The position numbers were made by a program, and so were the translations under genes. A stretch of DNA of 64,000 nt from Tubulanus polymorphus (Eukaryota > Animalia > Nemertea): NCBI RefSeq assembly GCF_964204645.1, contig NC_134027.1, positions 21,414,560 to 21,478,559 of the forward strand, written 5' to 3'. Below, in pieces: positions 37,601 through 49,600 of the stretch. Numbering within the stretch: position 1 is the first letter of the stretch; every line of letters starts with the position of its first letter. The notes beneath the pieces are model-generated. The model was given only the letters and a program-made list of their open reading frames with translations, made no database searches and was not told the origin of the DNA.

Positions 37601-40600
37601 CCTCGCCAAAACGAACTTTCATTTTGGCGCCCCCGCCAAAACGAACTTTCGTTTTGGCGCCCCCGCCAAAACAACGAAAAACGTCCAATTTTCTCTGAAA
37701 GTTCGTTTTGGCGCGCCAAAACGGAGAAAATTCCGTTTTGGCGCCCCCGCCAAAACAACGAAAAACGTCGAAATTTCTCTGAAAGTTCGTTTTGGCGCGC
37801 CAAAACAAAGAAAAGTTCGTTTTGGCGCGGTTATTTCCGTTTTGGCGCCCCCGCCAAAACAAGCATTCAACCACAGTAAAATTATTTTTCAATTTGGCGC
37901 GTTGATCTTGTGTGTAATTTGCATAAATTTGCATATATGAAAATATTTTACGTATATATACGTGGTTTGAAGTTCGTTTTGGCGGGGGCGCCAAAACGAA
38001 AGTTCGTTTTGGTGCCCCAAAAAACACCAAAAAAAACATGCAAATATGATAATATTTTATCGCTCCCCTAGCCGTACAGAAACTTTTTTTAGTACGGCCC
38101 AAATCAGCCACCGTAGGTAAATGACATCACGCGTCAGAAAAAGACCAACTAGACTCAAGTAATAAAAATAGGGATTATTTTGCAATATTCCGGTTACGTG
38201 AAATAATCAACACGATGATAAAAATAATGCGCACTCATCTCAATTTACCGACTGTCATCAATTCGATCGTTAAGGCCTGTTCTTGTAGATGATGTATAGC
38301 CAGGTGACTAAAGTTGGATGTGCGTTGAAGTATTGTCCAGACGGTGTTTACGATTCGAAAACAGGGACGTCGAAAAACGGAGGAACAGTAGTCGTGTGTA
38401 ACTTCGACTGGTGAGTTAGAATTTGTAATTCGTGAACAATTAGTGTCAAATGATATTGAAATGATGTTGAAAGTATCTCATTATTGGATATTATATATGG
38501 TCGCCCCTTTAATGTTACGACTTCGAGCAGAAATTTGTTCAATTTCAAAATAGCTCCCGCGTTCTAGGGTCAGTCACCTGAGGAATAGCTGATAAGAATG
38601 ACTCGAATTTACGTATATGTTCATCTCGAAGGTTATGTCTTGTATAATAATTGCAATCATATATAGGTTCATGCCAAAAGAAGAAGTGTCGATATTTGAA
38701 AGTAAGGGCGATGCCTGTTCCACGTGTATTGGTCATACAGACGATAAGCAACAACTTACAAAATACATCACTTGCAATAAAGGATTATGTAGTAAGTGAC
38801 TGAATAGCTTATACGTACCACAAGAATTGAAGATGCAGTCACGGCTGCAATGTGCCCAGGTTCTAGCCTCCATTTTTAGCATCCTTTTTTCTCCCGTCTT
38901 GTTGCGTGATTTCTTTCTCTCTTTTTGAAAAACTATTTTATGACGTTTTGCCGGGTCTTCGATAGATCTTCAGACATTTGGTAGAAATCTTAACTTGAGA
39001 ATCTCTAGTTTCTATGCAGGGCCGGCGGAACCGGTACGGCCACTACGGCCATGACCGGACCAATAATTTTGCCAAGGATGTTTCAAAATGTGTGTAATAA
39101 AATTCCTGCCACGCTGACGACCACAGGTCTATCTATGTTGTTTTTGTTTTCTGTGTAAACATAGGCTGGGCCCGGTGCCGTCGTCGTTGATGACATCATC
39201 GACACCGCCGTCACGATGTTGTACACCGGGACGGTCTAACAAGTATACGGGGTACCTGTCTAGTAAAAAGCCATCGTATTGGAGTTTTTGGTCCGCAAGT
39301 TCTTAAGCTTTAAACTTTGGTCATTGGTAGTATCATTCAGTAGTCTGAGTAATTTACAGTTATCTCTCATCGTTATACTGATTGTAGAAGTGTATTTCAT
39401 AGTTTCACATGGTTTAATGGTATATCACTGATATTATAAACATGTAGTATTTCCATAATATAGCAGCTTAAGATAATCCTGTTTACGATATTTTCAAGCG
39501 TATCCCAATCTTGTACATTGTTTCATTACGATATTAAAAAGCCGGTTTTGTGTCTATAGATTTCTAAATCCAGTGTAGCAACCTTCTAATTTTAACCACC
39601 TTCAAGTATCTCCCCAACAAATCGCCACAATGCCAATACTTTTTGAGTAATCCACCGTTTAAAAAACCCTCCTTACAGCATATATTTTACTATATGAAAA
39701 TTCATGGTTTTCCCTAAGCATCCCGTCACCATGGCGACAGTTGGAAGTATCCCAAAATGTTGTTACTACCAGATAGCCATTGACCCGTGCTAACATGACA
39801 TGTATAAATTTGTAAAATATTTTATCATACTGGGCTGCACTAACAATTTATTTGGGCTTCTTACTGCGAAAATGAAGTTATTTTGAATAAAAAGTAAAAT
39901 TTCGGCATGATAGCATTGTTGAAACTGTTCATTGTTGCTTTTATCGGATAGGCCATACCCAATAATATATAGGTAGGTCTAAGAATTTTCAATTTATCTA
40001 CAATACTTTTTGAGTAATCCACCGTTTGAAAAACCCTCCTTACAGCATATATTTTACCAGCACGTTACCTTAGCAACGCAATATCTCGGCCCGGCTCATG
40101 TTTCCAGGGTTACAAATCTGCCCAAATAAGCTTGAGAATCTTATCTTTCTTCAATGGAAATTTGGGCTTTGAGGTATTCCAGGTAAGCGAAATTCCAATT
40201 TTTGAGTCTTGGAGCCTGGACTACAATGGCGGCCATGACAATTGATACTCTTGATGTGTGGCTATAGAACCGGCAAATTTGCACGGGACACCGCTATAAT
40301 TGGGGCTTGATCGAAACGAAACAAAATTGACTATCAAAATGCATTCTGAAATGCTCCCAGAATGCGTATCATAAGTAAATTTTTCAAAATTTTCCGCGCA
40401 ATAATCATTAATTGCCGGCAATTAATAATTGCGACGAACCGGAGCTCGCTACGCGCTTCTGCCTTATAAGTACGGTTGGGGATGGCCGTACCAATATATA
40501 GTTTATACCTTCCGCTGGCCCTGCTATGCATGTCAGAGTATTGCGACAATATGGCATGAGAGAAACTACGAAGAAACGAAGCATTACTCAAAATACTTGA

Positions 40601-42345
40601 TTGAAAAAACCAGTCTTTTGAACAATTCTTGAGGCGTTTTTTTAACTCTAGCATTTCTGATTTCAGATTTCAGCCAAACTTGTTCCGCTGCCGATGGATG
40701 CCGTAGGTTTCTTACTTCATAGAAATCACTCTTTTGATAATTTGTAACCCTTTATCTGTTACCCTTTGCAATTATAACTGAGCTCGGTTGGTTTTCAGCT
40801 TGCAACAAGAATAAACTGATTTGCAATGGAAACGGAACTCCGTCTGGACCTGCGTGCAACTGTGTTTGTGATAAAGGTTATAAGGGAGACAAATGTCAAC
40901 GTAAGTTTTTATCATTTAATTGATTTCCTAATAGCTTTTACTTGGGGGTACGGATTTTTAGTCGTATCTATCGTAATTTCAAAAATAAAGATATTTTTGT
41001 CTTCTCTTACGATCTACTGATTTGCAAAAAAGTTTTCCTGTTATTTGAGTTCAATTACACTCAATTTCACTCCGTTTTATGCCTTTTAGAGAAATTTCGA
41101 CGTTTTTCGTTGTTTTTGCGGGGGCGCAAAAACGAAAGTTCGTTTTGGCGGGGAGGCCAAAATGAAAGTTCGTTTTGGCGGGGCGCCAAAAGGAAAGTTC
41201 GTTTTGGCGGGGACGCCAAAACGGAATTTTCTTTGTTTTGGCGCGCCAAAATGAACTTTCAGAGAAAATTGGACGTTTTTTTTTTGTTTTGGCGTTCTGG
41301 CGCCCTCATTTACATATCAGGAATTTTACACTATGGCCCTTATCAGCCACCATACCGTGCCGAGCTTTTTTGAGGGACAATTCTATTCCAAGAAAAGTGC
41401 ACTTTTCCACCGTTTCACCGCACTTTCTTATGAAAAAGGGCAGATCTTAAATATGAAGTGCCCGGGTACCTGAATGAATCTTTTGAGAATGGATTACCGA
41501 TACTTAACATCTTCAAAAAAAGCATGAAAAATTGTCTCCAAATTTCGAAAAATCTTGACCCAAATTTTTTTTACACTGATTTTTTGAAGGGCGCCATGAA
41601 ATTTCTAGGGGGTTCGTTCGCTACCCCCGAGCGATCCCCTCTCCTCGGCACAGGCCTGCGTTTTGATTTATTTCCACGATCCTTCCAGATTTTCATGTAG
41701 AAAAAATATACATTTTCTATTTTCTCATTTCTCTTCAATTTTAAAACGCCTGTATAGAAAAAGATATTTGTTTTTTTTTTAAATTTTGCCCTTCACCCCC
41801 TTCTATGTTTACGAAAATTGTATCTCATAATTGAAATCGTTCTTGTTGTGGACTATCCAGAGATATGTCTTGTTTTCTTGTGAATTTTAGATATATGCTT
41901 TGACAATGATCCGGGGTATTGTGAGGTAGTGGGATTCATGTGCGAGGAAAACGAGGTTGCATTGGTTGACTGTCCGAACACATGCAAAGATATGTACGTA
42001 TCAATGAAATATGATTCAGATTAATCTCACACCTGAAAAATATGCACAACGCGCTTACTGAACGACTGGTCAACCCATATCAATTGCAAATTGTAGCTAA
42101 TAGCGCTCTTTGAGTGTGGCGAGGGATCACCAGTGGGCGTTAAATATTGAATTGATCAGATGGTCAAGATTTCCCTGGACCTTTAGTTCGTCTTATCAAC
42201 GACCGAAATTTCCCTTTTAGCTAGAACCCACCCTTTAAGAACTTATGCTTTTATCGGCCTCCCTTCAAAGCTATTACTGGTAGAAAATGATGAATTATTC
42301 GATCAATTTTATTGCAGATATCCAAAGCATCCATGCAAGGATTGA
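28641..42345 (+). CDS. Secreted CAP/SCP-EGF-ShKT-like protein (CAP gene 2) with multiple candidate first exons
   Basis: First exon A 28641-28747 (or B1, B2, C), microexon 35058-35071, then 36577-36686, 36796-36872, 37086-37269, 38289-38410, 38667-38791, 40667-40702, 40799-40900, 41891-41993, 42318-42345. Intron phases match CAP gene 1. Motifs SNMFEVTWDDDLA, GQN, WFSE, CGHYRQ, VGC, VVCNF, CNCVCDKGYKGDKC and CFD..C..C..CPNTC..C. Confidence 0.85.
29667..29764 (+). CDS. CAP2 alternative first exon B1 (signal peptide)
   Basis: ACCATGG start, MELKAMLLLLIGLIGRVDSEVTGPVNQAEALT, phase-2 GTGAGT donor, TATAAA at 29589. Confidence 0.7.
30525..30622 (+). CDS. CAP2 alternative first exon B2 (identical duplicate of B1)
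   Basis: Same sequence as 29667-29764 shifted by 858. TATAAA at 30447. Confidence 0.6.
33326..33387 (+). CDS. CAP2 alternative first exon C (short signal peptide)
   Basis: MLLVFMFQLIAVARAAEDTT with an A-x-A cleavage site, phase-2 GTAAGT donor, TATAAAA at 33166. Confidence 0.6.
35385..35640. repeat. Inverted repeat with ~80-bp arms in a CAP2 intron
   Basis: CAGACCCTTCATTGTTCTATTACAACGCCCAGGATTTCT versus AGAAATCTTGGGCGGTGTAATGGAACAATGAAGGGTCTG. Confidence 0.75.
36206..36247 (-). ncRNA. Second minimal hammerhead motif, with a decayed inverted copy at about 36283-36316
   Basis: Minus strand TAGA-CTGAAGA-(weak stem II)-CC-GAAA-TAT-T-TCTA. The reverse complement of 36300-36392 matches 10080-10180. 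Confidence 0.45.
37277..38113. mobile_element. TA-flanked TIR element with an internal TTTTGGCGCGCCAAAA palindromic repeat array
   Basis: About 55-bp imperfect TIRs TGGTGGCTGATT...AATCAGCCACCG, TA on each side, second terminus-like sequence at about 37454. Confidence 0.8.
39017..40523. mobile_element. 1.5-kb non-autonomous TIR element with 5-bp TSD
   Basis: CAGGGCCGGCGGAA...TTCCGCTGGCCCTG with CTATG on both sides. Internal ~57-bp direct repeat at 39634 and 40001. Confidence 0.75.
41085..41354 (-). mobile_element. Partial inverted copy of the 37454-37860 repeat
   Basis: Reverse complement matches TGGTGGCTGATAAGGGCCATAG...GAGGGCGCCAGA...TTTTGGCGCGCCAAAA. Confidence 0.8.
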
Positions 42346-43034
42346 AATTCTAATATGCGCAATAATATTGCATCATAAAATATAACACTTTCATTGTCAA
42401 ATGTGAATTGTAAAAAAAGTAAATCAATGAAAAATGAATGTTGTGAATGAGCAAATTAAAACATTTAAAAAAAGAGTAAAAACTGAACTGTTCTTTTTTT
42501 ATTTCCGTTTTTTTACTCTGAAACCCGGTAATGGGTTTAATTTGTCTCTGGCGAGAATTCGAGTCGAAAGTTGGGCATTACTGACTTTCGTTGTCCTCTC
42601 TTTACTTTCACTTGGCTAGAATATATTTTTCTACCCGCAACTGGGGCTCCGAAACCTCATTGACACTCGTCGAATCGAATGTACCCATTTCAGCAATTCA
42701 CCCTGAACAGGATTCACGAGAAACGAATACAATAAAGAAATAGATCGTGAATCCGTGATAGAATTGTATGGAATATGGATACAATAGCTGTACGCGAGTC
42801 GGACGTTTTTGATGGCTGCCTTGGATCGTTAGACCATAAAAGATAAACTCAAAATGTTTTGTTCAGTGGTGTCATTACAGTTGAACGTCGTTAATACGTT
42901 TCTGTTCATGACGGAAACCGTTTCCCGCGGTCCCAGCTAACATCAATCAAGATTTGGATCGATAATGCAAAACCCGTAGTATACAACAATTTCACTTTCG
43001 CCCACAAGATACGCATAAACGAGGTTCGACTGTA

Positions 43035-43240
43035 GTCCTTTTACCATTGAGCGCCACGTAGGGCACTTTGAGCGGGTTCGATGTTTCGTTTTTCCCAACT
43101 TTTGAGGAGAGACCAGAGAAGAACCTTCGACCAAGAAACTCGCTCGCCACCAGGGTTTGAACCCATAAACCCTGGATTTGACGAGACCAGTGACCGGCGG
43201 CTTAAAAACCACTCGGCAACTGTATAGTTACTCGCCCCTG
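43035..43240 (-). mobile_element. tRNA-derived SINE-like element
   Basis: Minus strand has an A-box-like TGCCGAGTGG and B-box GGGTTCAAACCC. Its tail GAAACATCGAACCCGCT...TGCCCT..GTGGCGCT recurs at about 20975-21021. Confidence 0.55.
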
Positions 43241-43661
43241 TAGTTGCTCCGCAATGCTTTCAGTGTCGAAAACAATTCAAACTTAAGTTGGACCAAACTT
43301 CACCACGTGCAAGCGATTTTTATTGCCGGCTCCCATCAGATTTCAAAACTTTCCGTGATACATTGTAATGGGATGGGTCATCAAATTGTAACTGATATGG
43401 GAAAGTATCCCATGGACCAGAACGAGAATTTTTGTTGACGTCTACCCGATTAATTGAAATCGCAATCATTTCAATGAGTGATATATTTTATCATAAATAT
43501 CTGAAACCACTGGGACGCATTAATTCCAATTCAATTTGTCAGTGCGAATTTTCCAAATGCATTTCAGCGTACCGTAACGCTGAGTCGACGAGTTTTATGA
43601 TGTTAATTTCATCAGTTCGAGAGATCCTCCCAAATTTCAAACCATTACGACAGGCGCCACG

Positions 43662-45719
43662 ATGAGGATGGTTTTAGTGAGTTTAGCGTTGTTACTGGTG
43701 CTGGCTAGTAGTAGACTGCTGGTCGGTAGTAAAACGTTTGAGAAAGTACACAAAACGTGCGCAAGTAGATCATCTTGTCGAAACAATTCGTTGATACAGG
43801 TGACGAAGAGCTGCTCTTGCAACGACGAGTGTATTTTCGAGGGTACTTGTTGTTACGACCATGACCATACAAAGCTGATCGATTACGTCGGTTACGCCAA
43901 GTGCGATCGACCAAAACATTACAAAGCGACTACGCATCTAGTTATGGTTTCTAGGTGCCCGGATAGCGAAGCGGACCAGACGATACGCCAGTTGTGCGGC
44001 GGTAAACACGATGATAATGATACATTCCTCGACTGGCCGGTCATAGGTACGAATAATCGTATGATCTATCGAAACTATTATTGTTCGTTGTGCTGGAGGG
44101 AATTCGATACGAAATTCTGGACCGTGGAAACGCTTTGTAAAACTACGGCGCACGCGGAGTGTCGTAAACATTGGAACCTACGCGGTATGGGCGCGCGGCC
44201 GCTGTGGTGCGAATACGAAATGAGTAAGATTAAAAATAAGTGCGCCGAATCCTGGGACGATCCGTATACGGCGGAACAATGCAGGAATCACACCGCTATC
44301 GTGGAACGACGGATCAGTTTTTTCAAATCCCGTTTCTATCAAAACAGCTATTGCGTTATATGTAATCGCCACCAAAACAAAAACGATGCAAAATTTGTAT
44401 GTCGATATGGTGGCTCGACACAATTTCGCATTTCACATCACCAGCCGATTGGTGGAAACACGGGTATAGCTATACTCTTCAAAGTGAAACGAGATGACTC
44501 CAGTAAGAAAGCGAAATGCACAGACGCGGCAATTTATGACCCGTTCACGGAAAAGTGTCGGTTTTTATCGTGTCCCGTAGGGTACAATCTGCGAAATAGA
44601 AGATGCAGACCTACCCCTGCCGTTGGCGTCACAGGTGTACGAATGAAACAGCCTTCTCCGTCTATTATGTCTAACAACGGCACTTTTTGCACTACTGTCA
44701 CGCTACAGGCCGGTGAATTCATTCTCACCGCCAATGACACGGTAAAATTGATCAAAATTGGCGCCGTACTCGGGTCGAATTCGTTCGAAATTGTCAACGG
44801 AACTTTGAAAATTTGCGAAAGTAAAATCAGTCGAATTTACGAGAGTTTCATGACATTCTATAAAAACGACCCGATCGCGTCGATGGTTTCGAAAATTTTG
44901 TTGGCGATTTCTTCGATAGCGTTATTCGCGCATTTCGTAATCTACGCGAAATTCGAAGAATTGAGGACGATTCCCGGTAAAACTTTGATGTGCCTCGACG
45001 TCGCGCTGTTTCTGGCGCAAGTTCTATATCTAATCGGAATAAAACGGTCTCGTGATGACACAGCTTGCAAATTTTTCGCCATATCGATACATTACTTCTA
45101 TTTGGCTTCTTTTTTCTGGATGAACTGTCTATCGGTCAACGTAGCGCGTGTTTTTGGTAGTAGCACTCGGCCGAATCAAGGTCCCCGAGCTTTCGTCAAA
45201 TTTAATCTGTACGGCTGGTTAGTCCCGGGTGCCATAGTTACTTGCGGTGGAGTAATGGATGCGTTACATCGGTACGTCAGTCCATACAACCCCTCATACG
45301 GAACGGGATCAGCCTGTTGGATGGCAAACCAAACTGGGCAGATAATATTTTTTGTTGGTCCGTCAGGAATTTTGTTCCTCGTAAATTTGTGTTGTTACGC
45401 ATTCGCCGTGTTCAAAATCTGTAGAACGCGCGCCGAGGTGAGAGTTGCGCAAAAACGTGCCACTAAATACGAACTGTTCGTTTACGCTAAACTATCATGC
45501 GCCATGGGACTGACTTGGATCATCGCTTATATCGCTAATGCCGTAAATACGATCGTTTCATGGTATATATTCAGTATAGTGAACAGTTCACAAGGTGTGT
45601 TGATATTCGTGGCGTTTATTTGTAAGAAAGATGTGATTACGATGATCAAGCGTTGCGCATTTCCATCTCCACGTTCCAAGGAATGTGTTGACGACCTGAC
45701 GACAACGACATCTATGTGA
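43662..45719 (+). CDS. Intronless secretin/adhesion-class (Methuselah-like) GPCR with somatomedin-B-like Cys-rich ectodomain
   Basis: 685-aa ORF with signal peptide, CSCNDECIFEGTCCYD (SMB-like), two Y[R/Q]NxYCxxC motifs, and 7tm_2 motifs HYFYLASFFWM, YGWLVP, CWM, MGLTWI and NSSQGVLIF. Confidence 0.92.
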   Translation: MRMVLVSLALLLVLASSRLLVGSKTFEKVHKTCASRSSCRNNSLIQVTKSCSCNDECIFEGTCCYDHDHTKLIDYVGYAKCDRPKHYKATTHLVMVSRCPDSEADQTIRQLCGGKHDDNDTFLDWPVIGTNNRMIYRNYYCSLCWREFDTKFWTVETLCKTTAHAECRKHWNLRGMGARPLWCEYEMSKIKNKCAESWDDPYTAEQCRNHTAIVERRISFFKSRFYQNSYCVICNRHQNKNDAKFVCRYGGSTQFRISHHQPIGGNTGIAILFKVKRDDSSKKAKCTDAAIYDPFTEKCRFLSCPVGYNLRNRRCRPTPAVGVTGVRMKQPSPSIMSNNGTFCTTVTLQAGEFILTANDTVKLIKIGAVLGSNSFEIVNGTLKICESKISRIYESFMTFYKNDPIASMVSKILLAISSIALFAHFVIYAKFEELRTIPGKTLMCLDVALFLAQVLYLIGIKRSRDDTACKFFAISIHYFYLASFFWMNCLSVNVARVFGSSTRPNQGPRAFVKFNLYGWLVPGAIVTCGGVMDALHRYVSPYNPSYGTGSACWMANQTGQIIFFVGPSGILFLVNLCCYAFAVFKICRTRAEVRVAQKRATKYELFVYAKLSCAMGLTWIIAYIANAVNTIVSWYIFSIVNSSQGVLIFVAFICKKDVITMIKRCAFPSPRSKECVDDLTTTTSM

Positions 45720-45736
45720 AATTACTATACAGCAGA

Positions 45737-45881
<145 letters not shown>

Positions 45882-47094
45882 GTCGCCGCCGCTGCTGCTG
45901 TTGGAGGTGCAATAGGCCTTTATAAACTCATGCCACTCGATGTACTTTATACTTGATCTTAAGATAGCGATTATGTAACTAGTTGAAAAATTTTGATTTG
46001 ATTTGAAATTTTGTATCCCTTACGAAACAACTCAATATTCGATTTCAATAATCTACAAGCTCTCGATTTCATGTTTAAATCTATGACTGATCCCAGGCAA
46101 TAGTTTATTTACAATGAACAAAGTTAAACACAGTCACCATACACACGTCGATGCAAGAAATTAGATGTTACTTTCACAAATAATAATTATAGACAATTTA
46201 CAGAAATATACGAAGGCCCAAAATTCTGGAACTCAGTTCAAAAAAAATTGTCATTCTCTCGCGTCTTTTGGAAATACTGTATAAAAATGTCTTAATATGT
46301 TTAGATTCAATTATGTATTTCTGATTGATTCAATCTAATGTACCAAATATCATGGATATTTTCAATGTTAAAATGTGTTTGTCATGTATATAGTGCCTAA
46401 CTTGTAGAAATGAATGGGGCATAAATCTGTGCGTGAATGTGAGAGTGTGGCAGACTGGGCCCTTCAGGTAATACAAGTTTATCTAAACTTCACCAGTCGT
46501 CCAGCGTCTTATATTAGAATATTTTGTATTTATTCCTGCTACTTCATACTGTAATTCAAATCGTGAACAAAACATTATAATCCGCACGCACATGCCGGGA
46601 GCTAAAAAGGATGTTGGATTTTGAAATCCTAAGCACTGATTTCTAATATACACGTTTACATTCATTACCATCAATCTTCTTTTTTCTCTAGGGGGCCTGA
46701 ACGTCCTAGTGATTGTACAGCCTTTAAGGCTCTGTTCAGGTCATCAATCTACTTATTTGTTATATGTTTTATTTTTAATTATAATTGATGATGAAATAAA
46801 TTACATTACATTACTTAGCATTTTTTCAATTTCTGATTTATTCCACAATTCCGCTTAGCGTATAGTTGCTATCGTTTCTATTATCGAACCTTTCGATCTT
46901 TGCAACTTAAGTGAAAGATCGAGTCGGTCAAATCATGGGCCAAAAAGCCTTCTTCAACGGCTGCGAAAACGATACGATTTGATTTCGATTGATTGATTTT
47001 ACTCGATTTGATTTGTATCCCTTACAAGCCCACCACACTCGGAACGCATGAGGGGGTGTGATTTTGATTTTGGAAATCGGAGAACATAGGTACA

Positions 47095-47347
47095 CAATGG
47101 AACCTCGTTACAACGAGCTAGGATAGAACGATTCATCGGATAAGATAGAATTTAACTTAATTCATTAGAAACTGAGGTTTTTAGTGTTATCGCTTCTTGG
47201 TTATTCGGATACTTGAACTCTCTTCCTAAGATCTATGATGATAGAATTTCGTCCCAAGTAAGAAAACTTGATTAATTCCAGACTGGAGGTATAACAGCGA
47301 ACTGTTTTCTGGTCCCGTGAAGTTCGCTGTATATCGAGGTTCCACTG
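47095..47347. mobile_element. Tc1/mariner(pogo)-type MITE, copy 1
   Basis: CAATGGAACCTCG...CGAGGTTCCACTG followed by TA. Confidence 0.7.
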
Positions 47348-48006
47348 TAGATGGACGGTTGAATTTACGGGATTTATTGTTTAAATCGCGTAGTTGGAAA
47401 GTTCGGTTTCGTTTCATGTACATTCTTCTATCCACGATATGACGATTGTATATGCATTTTATTTTTGTTGGAATACATCGGATTTTGTCCATTCCAAAGA
47501 GTTTAGGATCGTTTCGTTGATTTCATGTCTCGGTCGTTTTCCACGTGTAAATAGATAGGGTTTATTTGTATAGTCTTTTCTACCGGGTAGATATTGATGT
47601 ACCTTTTACTGATATGATTTCTTGACAATGTGGGATTTCTCTAATAAAGCCAAATCCGCGGGACGCAAGATTTTGTGAAAATGACGACAAAACAAGATGA
47701 ATTACGATATTTGAATGACTATTTATACTTAATGTAAAATATTCAACAACAAAACGTTTGGCAGTTTTACGAGACAAGTTCAACTGATAAATAATTATAT
47801 ATAACTTATTTCTAGCAAATAAATTCAGCAAATAAAATCATGTAACTAGGTAATTAAGTCAGCACGCGAAAGCGCGGCGTTGATTAGATTTTGAACTGCT
47901 AAATCACAAAACGTCGACCCTATATCTTACTTTTAGCGCAGCTATCCGTCCTCTACTGACTTCAACTATAAGCTTAGGTCGGCTTCGATTGAACTATTCC
48001 GGTTTA

Positions 48007-48087
48007 GGGGTCATTCATTTATAACGTACGCATTAGGGGAGGGGGAAAAATTCAAATTTTATGCGTGCGTAATAAATGAATGATCCC
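48007..48087. mobile_element. PIF/Harbinger-type mini MITE
   Basis: GGGGTCATTCATTTAT...ATAAATGAATGATCCC with TTA on both sides. Confidence 0.7.
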
Positions 48088-48397
48088 TTAATAAGAATCA
48101 CATAAATTTCTACCGGCCTTCTGTCGGGTTACAGATTGAGACATCCTGGAATAGGTAGGCCGTACTCGTTGAGGCCTAAACGAACGGGCTCAGATTCAGA
48201 TTTAACTACATGTAGGGCCTATATGATTATAATAATTCATACTCTCATAATTTATATAATCACGGCGCTTTACACGAAGTATAAAACCATAAGAATCATC
48301 GAGATTTCAGAGCAGGGCCACATGAAGTATTCGAATTTTTTTTGCGGTGGGGGTGCAGAGAATCCGGAATAGGCCATTTCTATTGAATATAACAATG

Positions 48398-48567
48398 CAA
48401 AGGAACCTCGTTATAACGAACTCGAATACAACGATCGGATATAACAAATAAAGAATTTTGTCCCAAGTAAGAACATTTCATCAATTTCATACTGGATATA
48501 ACGAACTATCGGTTATAACGAACATATTTTCTGGTCCCGTGAAGTTCGTTGTAAAGAGGATCCACTG
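48398..48567. mobile_element. Tc1/mariner(pogo)-type MITE, copy 2
   Basis: GGAACCTCGTTATAACGAA...TTCGTTGTAAAGAGGATCCACTG-TA. Shares TTTTCTGGTCCCGTGAAGTTCG with copy 1. Confidence 0.7.
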
Positions 48568-49416
48568 TAGTACATCTGCAAAAAAGGGCACTTTTCCAGA
48601 AATTATGTGGACACAACTAGGAGCCCCGCCAGGTACGGCCCGACCCTACAAGAGTATAGTCCAAAAACGGTAGAGATCAATCGAAATCTGCCTGATACAA
48701 TACACACGTATGTAGTTCCACCGTCTGGGCCAAGTTTGTCACTAGAGGGCGGTAGTTACAAATGAATTGTATGAGTCAACAAATATGAACTTACAAATAC
48801 ATGTACATCGTTTAACCGCAATGATTAATACATATTTAATATTTATATATATATATATACACATACATATATTGGTATTTATTTCTGTTATCGTGATTAG
48901 CACCAAAAATTAATTCTATGGCATCGAATGTATGAAATTCTTTCTGGAGTTCTGCATCAGGCCATGCGAAACGAATACCTTGTTTAACGTAAAATCAACA
49001 CCTTTTAGAATAATTAAGTGCAGTAATTAATTTTGTGCAGCAAGGTCATTTACACTCTTGATTTAGACGATTCGATTTGATTTCACTTCCGCCAAAATGT
49101 TAAATCGACTTAGTCGAAGGTTTACTTGATTCATGTCAACCATCCACAAGATGAGCCAATTAGGGTAAAAACCATGACAAACAAATGGGCGAGTTAGCCT
49201 ACTAAATTGTCCTGGATCCAGTTCCACAGTTATGAGTTGAATTTGACTTCAGAGTTAAAACATTCAAAATGAAGTGATTATAACTCGGGACTTCTAGCTC
49301 ACAACTGTGGAAAAAATCGCCTCTGGTTAAACCGGCTAAGACACATACATAAGTGGGTATAGGGCGAAGATTATGTTAGCGTTTGAATTCACGCATTACC
49401 TCGGTATGCGGTTTAA

Positions 49417-49600
49417 CCCTTTCATTGATGTAAAAAAGTAATTATCTCTCTTGAAAAATGGCAGCACCTGTCAAACATACTGAAATACTAGTAACTAACG
49501 ATACAGTATTCCCGTTATTCAACACACTAGGGCGGAATTTTTTCAAATTTTCAAATTATCTCCAGCACTATAGGATATCAATTAGTCAGCACTGAAAGGG
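49417..49600. mobile_element. piggyBac-type MITE
   Basis: TTAA-CCCTTTCA...TGAAAGGG-TTAA. Confidence 0.65.

Noticed and set aside
37497-38111. Overlapping repetitive ORFs (FGAPK...) and a CRISPR-like look
   Set aside because: This is the palindromic repeat array of a TIR element in an intron. It has no unique spacers, no cas genes, and the context is eukaryotic.
43705-45424. Short antisense and alternate-frame ORFs inside the large GPCR
   Set aside because: Shadow ORFs of the coding sequence with no independent features.
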